The position numbers and the translations under genes are program-made. This document shows positions 34,801-46,429 of a stretch of DNA of 64,000 nt, piece by piece. Under the pieces are notes generated by a model. The model had not been told where the DNA came from, did not search any database, and worked only from the letters and a program-made list of their open reading frames with translations. Source of the stretch: Antedon mediterranea (lineage: Eukaryota > Animalia > Echinodermata). The stretch lies in contig NC_092671.1 in assembly GCF_964355755.1 (NCBI RefSeq), forward strand, positions 22,329,970 to 22,393,969. Reading direction: 5' to 3'. The first letter of the stretch is position 1, and the number at the start of each line of letters is the position of its first letter.

Positions 34801-37800
34801 TAACATCATCCACCAGATAACTGCATGCATGTTTTTTTTTTGTTTAGTAGTTTATAGAATGTGTTTGTGTGTTTATTTTATTTTACTTTAATTTAATCTA
34901 TGCTAATCACTCAGATTTTATTCCTGATGTGGCATACACTTTCATTAACATCATCTACCAGATAACTGCATGCATGTTTATTTATTTAGTAGTTTATAGA
35001 ATGTGTTTGAGTTTTTTTTTTATTTTAATTTGATCTATGCTAATTTTTCAGATTCAAATCCTGATGTGGCATACACTTTCATATTAACATCATCTACCAG
35101 ATAACTGCATGCATCTTTTATTTTGTTTAGTAGTTTATAGAATATGTTAATCCATGCTAATCACTAAAATCTATTTCTTGTATAGAATGCTAACATAGCT
35201 CAGCTGGTAGAGCATCGGCACTCTAGTCGAAGGTCTCCGGTTCAAATCCTGATGTGGCATACACTTTCATTTTTATTTTGTTTTAGTAGTTTATAGAATG
35301 CTTTTTTCAATACTAATTAGTCATCAAATCCTGAATATTAACATCCACCTGACATGCACATGTTTATTTCTTTTATTTCATTTTATTTTTAATTTGTGCT
35401 GATCATAAAAATCTATTTCTTTTAGAAAATGCTATTGGTAAGAAATCCATATTTTATGGGTTTTTTTTCGGTCTTGCTCCTTCACTTATACAAATCTACT
35501 GATGTATAAGTTTGATTCAACAGATTTTTAGTACTAAAGTGGTTCCTCAACCAAATTTAGTTTTTATTAAAAAAACTGTTTATCAAACTTTCAGAAAGGA
35601 TAAAAAACGGGGAGAATATGGAAAACCCATCTAAGCGGTTCCTCCGCATTCATATTATGCTACTTCTGGCCATGAATAATGGTTGTAGGACTGGTGTTCT
35701 GGCGAATGCTACTTTGGAGCAGTATTATAAAAGAACAGCAGCCACAAATGGCATGTCAGTTATGAAAGTGAGTACAATATACATTTTTTAATGTATTCTT
35801 GAATATATGAATTAACAGTTTACATGTTTTGGTTGTTGTACACAGTTTAAGTTGTTCAGTGGGCTATCATTACACAAATCAACAGCTACAGAAATATGAT
35901 GAAGTCGATGAAGTAAGCTACAGAACAGTAAGAGTATTGTGAATTATAAAACATCATTAGCAACCAATTTTGTTATGTTGTCTATATGTTATATGTTAAT
36001 AATCATTAAGTGATTTTGCAGGTTTCAAAGCATAAAACATCTTGTAAATTTGGTGCAGCAAATTTAGTGATAACTGAAGAGCTGGCTGAATTAATAGAGA
36101 TTTACATAAAGTACTGTAGGCCAATACAATCGGCAACCGACCACCTGTTCCTGAGTTGCACAGGGGCATCAATTAGATGCGCTCAGGAAATGACCCGCCA
36201 CTGGGCGGAAGTAACACACAGCACCAGGCCCATCAATCCCACCAATTTAAGAAAGGCAGCAGCCACTCTAGTATGTGATTGTTTTACCTTAGTTAAACAT
36301 AGTTAAGCTTTATTACATTTTTTTTCCTCACATTATTGATTGTCTCCATCCCCGAAAGCTCGACTAAGAAATACCGGAATGGTGTCCGGCGGGGGATAGT
36401 TTATTACCATTATTTAAGGTCCTATGTAAAGCACCTAGAGGGGTCAGTGATCCATTAGGCGCTATATAAATACTGTTTATTATTATTATTATTATTATTG
36501 TTACTTAAATTGCTTTAAACCTATCAATAGATGAGAAATATTATTTTCAAGTGATAAACCATGTTTTGGGAATTATGTGGGACACAATTTGTAAGTGTAG
36601 AATAATTCATTACATATTACCTTCTCTTTAAATAATTTCATCAGTCCTGGGGTCACTGCGACGAAAGGGAAAGAGTTGTGGTTGCTGACCATATGGCCCA
36701 CAAATTATCAACGCAAGAGGCGTACTATAAGGCCACGCAGTCCCGGGAGACGGCTGTAAGAGCCCACAATCTTATAGCTGCAAACCGTCAACTCGGGAGA
36801 AGTGGGGTAAGATTTAATTTCTGTCTAAAATGTTTGTATCCCGAAAGATGTTTATTTTGTATTGAAACATAACATAATATAAAGAATATATCTAACACTT
36901 TAATAATTAGCAATCAACAAGAAAACAAACATTGCATCTATTAACTAAAATTTTACTTTACTTTTTTTAATGTGCTATGTACACTCTTTCAGAATATAAA
37001 TGAAACTGCTGATGTCCAGGTAAGGATGGTCATTACTTTCATATAAAAAACAAAAGAATGCAAACTGTATAATTTATGTGTTTTATAAATGCTGTATAAC
37101 TACCAATTAAAGGAAAACAATTTCGCATCTTAAATCATTTTAATGTTAAGCTTTTATTATCCCAAATGCAATACATACTTCACTTTAAGGTATATCTTTT
37201 CTAGGTTGCATTTTCAAGTGTGGAGGACACCATAGATGAAATGCTGGTAAGATACAATTTTCACATAAATATATATTTTTCCAGTGTCCATTTATTTACA
37301 GGACTGAATTCTATGTAATCATTATTATTATCTTGTATACCTCTTTACGAATAATGAAACAAGTAATGGTATTATGTACAATATTATTTTACATTCACCA
37401 GGAAATTTCTCAAGCACATGCGAATGAAGCGCCATCATCTGTAAGTATTCAATAATTGTTAATAAGGACACATTTGTAAAGCATCAAACTAATATTGCCA
37501 GACCACACTCTTTTTAATTGGTACTGCAATATATGGTCAACGTTGATGTAGTATTTTTAAACAATTTGTATGAGTACTGTACATTATCGTTTTAGTACTG
37601 CAGTATGATTCCTTGGGTGATGGTAGGATTTTGAGTCTCCCAATATATTGCACTAATGTTTTTACCAGATCAGCAAAGTTTCCTGGTATATTTTGCTTTA
37701 CTGTACTTGTTTAATTAGTTTTTATTTCAGGTCAGCAAAATGTCCCTTGTACTTGTATGGACATTCTTTAACTGTTTTTATCAGGTCTTGGTATCTCAAA

Positions 37801-39301
37801 AAACAGGAAAATGTTTACTTTTTAAATTTGCACATTACTCTTTGTATTCTCTAGTTTGTATGCTTAGTTAATTTATTTATACAAACTAATTTGAGGCCTC
37901 CCCAAGATAACTTCTGTAGTTTCTAAAGTAATTGTTCAAATCCTCACTTTGCAGTTGTATACTGTTTAAATGTAGTAGTTTTCAGAATGATTTTTCCATA
38001 CTAAATATCAACATCTTCTTCTGTTATAGAATGCTATCATAGCTCAGTTGGTAGCTTAGTAGTTTATAGAATGTGTTTGTGTGTTTGTTTTATTTTAGTT
38101 TAATCTATGCTAATTTTTCAGATTCAAATCCTGATGTGGCATACACCTTCATATTAACATCATCCACCAGATAACTGCATGCACGTTTTTTGTTTGTTTA
38201 GTGGTTTATAGAATGTGTTAATCCATGCTAATCACTAAAATCTATTTCTTTTATAGGATGCTATCATAGCTCAGCTTGTAGAGTATCGGCATTCTGGTCT
38301 CGGGTTCAAATCCTGATGTGCCATACACTTTCATATTAACATCATCCACCAGATAACTGCATGCACGTTTTTTGTTTGTTTAGTGGTTTATAGAATGTGT
38401 TAATCCATGCTAATCACTAAAATCTATTTCTTTTATAGGATGCTATCATAGCTCAGCTGGTAGAGCATCGACACTCTTGTCTCGGGTTCAAATCCTGATG
38501 TGGCATACACTTTTATTTTAACATCAACCACCAAATAACTGCATGCATTTTTAGTTTTGTGTAGTACTGAGTTTATAGAATGTGTTTATTTTATTTTAAT
38601 TTAATCTATGCTAATCACCCATAATCAAATCCATATGTGGCATACAATTTCATATTAACATCATCCACCAGATAATCTTACAAGCACTTTAATTACTCCT
38701 GGTATTATTGTCATTATTATTGTTATCTAAAACATCAATACAATTCTCATTTGAAATACTAAAGTACATTTTCTGTAAAACTTATTTCACCTATTAATTT
38801 GACTTTATTATTTTTCTACTTTCAATATAACTAGTCTGTAAGCCATCCACTAAGCAAACATGGCCCAAAGTCGAAATTCGACAACCAAGACGTTATGGAC
38901 GCTGTATTTAAATTGTTTGGCAGACAAATAGAAGAGGGTCATGTGCCAAAAAGAACAGTATGTTTAATGTTTATGTATTATCTATTTAATTGTAATAATC
39001 ACCATCACATTATTAAATACAATTTTTATTTTTTTTTGTAGGCAAGAGAAGTCTATAACAAAAATCCAGTTCTCCATTACTATGAATTTCAACAGTTATA
39101 TGACAAAATGAGGAGGATGTATCCAAAGGTAGGTTTATGTTTTTAATTTCAGTGGCATGCAGTAGCAAGAAATTATTTAAAAGCATTGCAAGTTTTCTAT
39201 AGAACTATGAAGATTTGCCTGTCTTCTTTCAAAGTAAGTGAAATACAGTGCTATCATACATAAATTAATTATACATGTTTATTTATTATTTACAGAAATA
39301 G
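22854..39301 (+). CDS. Multi-exon tyrosine recombinase (Crypton-like/phage-integrase fold) with acidic N-terminus, two C2H2-like zinc fingers and a C-terminal helical (Myb/SANT-like) domain
   Basis: GT-AG exons: 22854-22877, 23332-23378, 24193-24399 (Glu-rich), 24588-24617, 24811-24835, 25159-25286 (CILC..HLEKAH), 25635-25750 (CSVPGC..HLQRKH), 28925-28979, 29354-29501, 29815-30029 (STLRHYLCSF), 30132-30203, 35426-35437, 35595-35767 (NNGCRTGVLAN), 36022-36270 (SKHKT; PTNLRKAAAT), 36645-36806 (DHMAHKLSTQEAYY), 36993-37019, 37205-37246, 37402-37440, 38835-38957, 39042-39128, 39296-39301 (stop), then AATAAA at ~39324. Phases are consistent from 25635 to the stop; junctions 23378/24193 and 25286/25635 need unseen microexons or are broken. 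Confidence 0.85.
26020..28800 (+). repeat. Intronic tandem array of tRNA-derived units (~135-190 bp monomers, 463-bp higher-order unit)
   Basis: Repeated TTCAAATCCTGATGTGGCATACACTTTCATATTAACATCATCCACCAGATAACTGCATGC; full tRNA-like heads at 26767, 27229 and 27692, truncated one at 28572. Confidence 0.9.
26767..26837 (+). ncRNA. tRNA-like element (pseudo-tRNA/SINE-head-like), representative copy
   Basis: GCTATCA TA GCTC AGCTGGTA GAGC A TCGGC ACTCTT GTCGA AGGTC TCGGG TTCAAAT CCTGA TGTGGC A: D, anticodon and T stems pair, and the A box and B box are intact. The anticodon loop is 6 nt and the acceptor stem has a 1-nt bulge, so it is not a canonical tRNA. Confidence 0.75.
30750..35400 (+). repeat. 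Second intronic tRNA-derived tandem array (~10 full heads, includes a ~1.54-kb duplication)
   Basis: Heads near 30880, 31181, 31775, 32104, 32847, 33177, 33643, 34387, 34717, 35189; variant pairs 32104/33643 and 32847/34387 recur at equal spacing. Confidence 0.9.
36345..36498 (+). mobile_element. 3' tail fragment of a SINE or L2/CR1-type retroposon in a recombinase intron
   Basis: TGTAAAGCACCTAGAG...GGCGCTATATAAAT followed by (TTA)n, a typical L2/CR1-mobilised 3' end. Confidence 0.55.
38025..38680 (+). repeat. Third, more diverged intronic tRNA-derived array
   Basis: Heads at ~38033 (truncated), ~38260 and ~38442 with internal deletions. Confidence 0.85.
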
Positions 39302-39353
39302 ATCGTCGGGGAAAATATCACTAAATAAACTGTATGTATATATTATTCAGTAA

Positions 39354-42300
39354 TAGTAGAATAATCAGTGAATTGTCTAGTCAAAATGTAGTTGATTATT
39401 CAGTAACAGTTTAGATAATTTAAACTGTGTGTAAATAGTAGAATAATCAGTGAATTGTCTAGTCAAAATGTAAATGATTATTCAGTAACAGTTTAGATAA
39501 TTTAAACTGCAAATACATAGTAGAATAATCAGTGAATTGTCTAGTCGAAAAGTAGTTGATTAGTCAGTAACAGTTTAGAGAATTTAAACTGTGTGTAAAT
39601 AGTAGAAAAATCAATGAATTGTCTAGTCAAAATACAGTTGATTATTCAGTAACAGTTTAGAGAATTTAAACTGCACATACATAGTAGAATAATAAGTGAA
39701 TTGTCTAGTCAAAAGTAGTTGATTAGTCAGTAACAGTTTAGATAATTTAAACTGTGTGTAAATATTAGAATAATCAATGAATTGTCTAGTCAAAATACAG
39801 TTGATTATTCAGTAACAGTTTAGGGAATTTAAACTGTGTGTAAATAGTAGAATAATCAGTGAATTGTCTAGTCAAAAGGCCGTTTATTATTCAGTAACAG
39901 TTTAGATAATTTAAACTGCAAATACATAGTAGAATAATCAGTGAATTGTCTAGTCAAAATGTACTTGATTAGTCAGTAACAGTTTAGATAATTTAAACTG
40001 CAAATACATAGTAGAATAATCAGTGAATTGTCTAGTCAAAAGTAGTTGATTAGTCAGTGACAGTTTAGATAATTTAAACTGCAAATACATAGTAGAATAA
40101 TCAGTGAATTGTCTAGTCAAAAGACCGTTTATTATTCAGTAACAGTTTAGAGAATTTAAACTGTAAATACATAGTAGAATAATCAGTGAATTGTTTAGTC
40201 AAAAGACCGTTTATTATTCAGTAACAGTTTATAGAATTTAAACTGCAAATACATAGTAGAATAATCAGTGAATTGTTTAGTCAAAATACAGTTGATTATT
40301 CAGGAACAGTTTAGGGAATTTAAACTGTGTGTAAATAGTAGAATAATCAATGAATTGTCTAGTCAAAATACAGTTGATTATTCAGAAACAGTTTAGATAA
40401 TTTAAACTGCAAATACATAGTAGAATAATCAGTGAATTGTCTAGTCAAAAGACCGTTTATTATTCAGTAACAGTTTAGATAATTTAAACTGCAAATACAT
40501 AGTAGAATAATCAATGAATTGTCTAGTCAAAATGTAGTTGATTAGTCAGTAACAGTTTAGATAATTTAAACTGCAAATACATAGTACAATAATCAATGAA
40601 TTGTCTAGTCAAAATACAGTTGATTATTCAGTAACAGTTTAGAGAATTTAAACTGCAGATACATAGTAGAATAATAAGTGAATTGTCTAGTCAAAAGTAG
40701 TTGATTAGTCAGTAACAGTTTAGAGAATTTAAACTGTGTGTAAATAGTAGAATAATCAATGAATTGTCCAGTCAAAAGACCGTTTATTATTCAGTAACAG
40801 TTTAGATAATTTAAACTGCAAATACATATTAGAATAATCAGTGAATTGTCTAGTCAAAATACAGTTGATTATTCAGTAACAGTTTAGGGAATTTAAACTG
40901 TGTGTAAATAGTAGAATAATCAGTGAATTGTTTAGTCAAAATACAGTTGATTATTCAGTAACAGTTTAGATAATTTAAACTGCAAATACATAGTAGAATA
41001 ATCAATGAATTGTCTAGTCAAAAGACCGTTTATTATTCAGTAACAGTTTAGATAATTTAAACTGCAAATACATATTAGAATAATCAGTGAATTGTTTAGT
41101 CAAAATGTAGTTGATTAGTCAGTAACAGTTTAGAGAATTTAAACTGTAAATACATAGTAGAATAATCAGTGAATTGTTTAGTCAAAAGACCGTTTATTAT
41201 TCAGTAACAGTTTAGAGAATTTAAACTGCAAATACATAGTAGAATAATCAGTGAATTGTCTAGTCGAAATGTAGTTGATTAGTCAGTAACAGTTTAGAGA
41301 ATTTAAACTGTAAATAAATAGTAGAATAATCAGTGAATTGTTTAGTCAAAAGACCGTTTATTATTCAGTAACAGTTTAGAGAATTTAAACTGCAAATACA
41401 TAGTAGAATAATCAGTGAATTGTCTAGTCGAAATGTAGTTTATTATTCAGTAACAGTTTAGAGAATTTAAACTGCAAATACATAGTAGAATAATCAGTGA
41501 ATTGTTTAGTCAAAAGACAGTTGATTATTCAGTAACAGTTTAGAGAATTTAAACTATGTGTAAATAGTACAATAATCAATGAATTGTCTAGTCAAAATAC
41601 AGTTGATTATTCAGTAACAGTTTAGAGAATTTAAACTGCAAATACATATTAGAATAATCAGTGAATTGTCTAGTCGAAATGTAGTTGATTAGTCAGTAAA
41701 AGTTTAGATAATTTAAACTGCAAATACATAGTAGAATAATCAGTGAATTGTCTAGTCAAAATGTAGTTGATTAGTCAGTAACAGTTTAGAGAATTTAAAC
41801 TGCAAATACATAGTAGAATAATCAGTGAATTGTCTAGTCAAAATGTAGTTGATTAGTCAGTAACAGTTTAGAGAATTTAAACTGTAATACATAGTAGAAT
41901 AATCAGTGAATTGTTTAGTCAAAAGACCGTTTATTATTCAGTAACAGTTTAGAGAATTTAAACTGCAAATACATAGTAGAATAATCAGTGAATTGTCTAG
42001 TCAAAATGTAGTTGATTAGTCAGTAACAGTTTAGAGAATTTAAACTGCAAATACATAGTAGAATAATCAGTGAATTGTCTAGTCGAAATGTAGTTGATTA
42101 GTCAGTAACAGTTTAGAGAATTTAAACTGCAAATACATAGTAGAATAATCAGTGAATTGTCTAGTCAAAATGTAGTTGATTAGTCAGTAACAGTTTAGAG
42201 AATTTAAACTGCAAATACATAGTAGAATAATCAGTGAATTGTTTAGTCGAAATGTAGTTGATTAGTCAGTAACAGTTTAGAGAATTTAAACTGTAATACA

Positions 42301-45300
42301 TAGTAGAATAATCAGTGAATTGTTTAGTCAAAAGACCGTTTATTATTCAGTAACAGTTTAGAGAATTTAAACTGCAAATACATAGTAGAATAATCAGTGA
42401 ATTGTCTAGTCAAAATGTAGTTGATTAGTCAGTAACAGTTTAGAGAATTTAAACTGCAAATACATATTAGAATAATCAGTGAATTGTCTAGTCGAAATGT
42501 AGTTGATTAGTCAGTAAAAGTTTAGATAATTTAAACTGCAAATACATAGTAGAATAATCAGTGAATTGTCTAGTCAAAATGTAGTTGATTAGTCAGTAAC
42601 AGTTTAGAGAATTTAAACTGCAAATACATAGTAGAATAATCAGTGAATTGTCTAGTCAAAATGTAGTTGATTAGTCAGTAACAGTTTAGAGAATTTAAAC
42701 TGTAATACATAGTAGAATAATCAGTGAATTGTCTAGTCGAAATGTAGTTGATTAGTCAGTAACAGTTTAGAGAATTTAAACTGCAAATACATAGTAGAAT
42801 AATCAGTGAATTGTTTAGTCGAAATGTAGTTGATTAGTCAGTAACAGTTTAGAGAATTTAAACTGTAATACATAGTAGAATAATCAGTGAATTGTTTAGT
42901 CAAAAGACCGTTTATTATTCAGTAACAGTTTAGAGAATTTAAACTGCAAATACATAGTAGAATAATCAGTGAATTGTCTAGTCAAAATGTAGTTGATTAG
43001 TCAGTAACAGTTTAGAGAATTTAAACTGCAAATACATAGTAGAATAATCAGTGAATTGTCTAGTCGAAATGTAGTTGATTAGTCAGTAACAGTTTAGAGA
43101 ATTTAAACTGCAAATACATAGTAGAATAATCAGTGAATTGTTTAGTCGAAATGTAGTTGATTAGTCAGTAACAGTTTAGAGAATTTAAACTGTAATACAT
43201 AGTAGAATAATCAGTGAATTGTTTAGTCAAAAGACCGTTTATTATTCAGTAACAGTTTAGAGAATTTAAACTGCAAATACATAGTAGAATAATCAGTGAA
43301 TTGTCTAGTCAAAATGTAGTTGATTAGTCAGTAACAGTTTAGAGAATTTAAACTGCAAATACATATTAGAATAATCAGTGAATTGTCTAGTCGAAATGTA
43401 GTTGATTAGTCAGTAAAAGTTTAGATAATTTAAACTGCAAATACATAGTAGAATAATCAGTGAATTGTCTAGTCAAAATGTAGTTGATTAGTCAGTAACA
43501 GTTTAGAGAATTTAAACTGCAAATACATAGTAGAATAATCAGTGAATTGTCTAGTCAAAATGTAGTTGATTAGTCAGTAACAGTTTAGAGAATTTAAACT
43601 GTAATACATAGTAGAATAATCAGTGAATTGTTTAGTCAAAAGACCGTTTATTATTCAGTAACAGTTTAGAGAATTTAAACTGCAAATACATAGTAGAATA
43701 ATCAGTGAATTGTCTAGTCAAAATGTAGTTGATTAGTCAGTAACAGTTTAGAGAATTTAAACTGCAAATACATAGTAGAATAATCAGTGAATTGTCTAGT
43801 CGAAATGTAGTTGATTAGTCAGTAACAGTTTAGAGAATTTAAACTGCAAATACATAGTAGAATAATCAGTGAATTGTCTAGTCAAAATGTAGTTGATTAG
43901 TCAGTAACAGTTTAGAGAATTTAAACTGCAAATACATAGTAGAATAATCAGTGAATTGTCTAGTCGAAATGTAGTTGATTAGTCAGTAACAGTTTAGAGA
44001 ATTTAAACTGCAAATACATAGTAGAATAATCAGTGAATTGTTTAGTCGAAATGTAGTTGATTAGTCAGTAACAGTTTAGAGAATTTAAACTGCAAATACA
44101 TAGTAGAATAATCAGTGAATTGTTTAGTCAAAATGTAGTTGATTAGTCAGTAACAGTTTAGAGAATTTAAACTGTAAATACATAGTAGAATAATCAGTGA
44201 ATTGTTTAGTCAAAAGACCGTTTATTATTCAGTAACAGTTTAGAGAATTTAAACTGCAAATACATAGTAGAATAATCAGTGAATTGTTTAGTCAAAAGAC
44301 AGTTGATTATTCAGTAACAGTTTAGATAATTTAAACTGCAAATACATAGAATAATCCGTGAATTGTCTAGTCAAAAGACAGTTGATTATTCAGTAACAGT
44401 TTAGAGAATTTAAACTATGTGTAAATAGTACAATAATCAATGAATTGTCTAGTCAAAATACAGTTGATTATTCAGTAAAAGTTTAGAGAATTTAAACTGC
44501 AAATACATATTAGAATAATCAGTGAATTGTCTAGTCGAAATGTAGTTGATTAGTCAGTAAAAGTTTAGATAATTTAAACTGAAAATACATAGTAGAATAA
44601 TCAGTGAATTGTTTAGTCAAAAGACAGTTGATTATTCAGTAACAGTTTAGAGAATTTAAACTGCAAATACATAGTAGAATAATCAGTGAATTGTCTAGTC
44701 AAAATGTAGTTGATTATTCAGTAACAGTTTAGAGAATTTAAACTGCAAATACATAGTAGAATAATCAATGAATTGTCTAGTCAAAATGTAGTTGATTAGT
44801 CAGTAACAGTTTAGAGAATTTAAACTGCAAATACATAGTAGAATAATCAGTGAATTGTCTAGTCAAAATGTAGTTGATTAGTCAGTAACAGTTTAGAGAA
44901 TTTAAACTGTAAATACATAGTAGAATAATCAGTGAATTGTTTAGTCAAAAGACCGTTTATTATTCAGTAACAGTTTAGAGAATTTAAACTGCAAATACAT
45001 AGTAGAATAATCAGTGAATTGTTTAGTCAAAAGACAGTTGATTATTCAGTAACAGTTTAGAGAATTTAAAATCCAAATACATAGTAGAATAATCAGTGAA
45101 TTGCTTAGTCAAAATACAGTTGATTATTCAGGAACAGTTTAGAGAATTTAAACTGTGTGTAAATAGTAGAATAATCAGTGAATTGTTTAGTCAAAAGACA
45201 GTTGATTATTCAGTAACAGTTTAGAGAATTTAAACTGCAAATACATAGTAGAATAATCAGTGAATTGTCTAGTCAAAATGTAGTTGATTAGTCAGTAACA

Positions 45301-46285
45301 GTTTAGAGAATTTAAACTGTAAATACATAGTAGAATAATCAGTGAATTGTTTAGTCAAAAGACCGTTTATTATTCAGTAACAGTTTAGAGAATTTAAACT
45401 GCAAATACATAGTAGAATAATCAGTGAATTGTTTAGTCAAAAGACAGTTGATTATTCAGTAACAGTTTAGATAATTTAAACTGCAAATACATAGAATAAT
45501 CCGTGAATTGTCTAGTCAAAAGACAGTTGATTATTCAGTAACAGTTTAGAGAATTTAAACTATGTGTAAATAGTACAATAATCAATGAATTGTCTAGTCA
45601 AAATACAGTTGATTATTCAGTAACAGTTTAGAGAATTTAAACTGCAAATACATATTAGAATAATCAGTGAATTGTCTAGTCGAAATGTAGTTGATTAGTC
45701 AGTAAAAGTTTAGATAATTTAAACTGAAAATACATAGTAGAATAATCAGTGAATTGTTTAGTCAAAAGACAGTTGATTATTCAGTAACAGTTTAGAGAAT
45801 TTAAACTGCAAATACATATTAGAATAATCAGTGAATTGTCTAGTCAAAATGTAGTTGATTAGTCAGTAACAGTTTAGAGAATTTAAACTGCAAATACATA
45901 GTAGAATAATCAGTAAATTGTCTAGTCAAAATGTAGTTGATTAGTCAGTAACAGTTTAGAGAATTTAAACTGTAAATACATAGTAGAATAATCAGTGAAT
46001 TGTTTAGTCAAAAGACCGTTTATTATTCAGTAACAGTTTAGAGAATTTAAACTGCAAATACATAGTAGAATAATCAGTGAATTGTTTAGTCAAAAGACAG
46101 TTGATTATTCAGTAACAGTTTAGAGAATTTAAAATCCAAATACATAGTAGAATAATCAGTGAATTGTCTAGTCAAAATGTAGTTGATTAGTCAGTAACAG
46201 TTTAGAGAATTTAAACTGCAAATACATAGTAGAATAATCAATGGACTGTATAGTCAAAATGTAGTCAGTAACAGTTTAGATAATT
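39354..46285. repeat. 82-bp tandem array (~80-85 copies) directly downstream of the recombinase stop codon
   Basis: Unit TAGTAGAATAATCAGTGAATTGTCTAGTCAAAATGTAGTTGATTAGTCAGTAACAGTTTAGAGAATTTAAACTGCAAATACA; period 82 (39354 to 39436). Confidence 0.97.
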
Positions 46286-46425
46286 TCCAAGGATATCCTT
46301 ATAACCCTTTTTAAAAATTGGAGTCACTTGTGCCACCTTCAAGTCATCATGAAAAACACCTGTGACAAGTTATAAGTTAATAATATATGTTAATGGCTTT
46401 GCAATAACAATAGATGAATCCTTAA
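46283..46425 (-). pseudogene. Short non-LTR retrotransposon (CR1/L2-like) RT fragment
   Basis: Minus strand: VKDSSIVIAKPLTYIINL*LVTGVFHDDLKVAQVTPIFKKGYKDILGNY. Confidence 0.8.
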
Positions 46426-46429
46426 CATT

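Noticed and set aside
39354-46285. CRISPR-like array
   Set aside because: No unique spacers; the variable segments cycle among a few variants, there are no cas genes, and the context is eukaryotic
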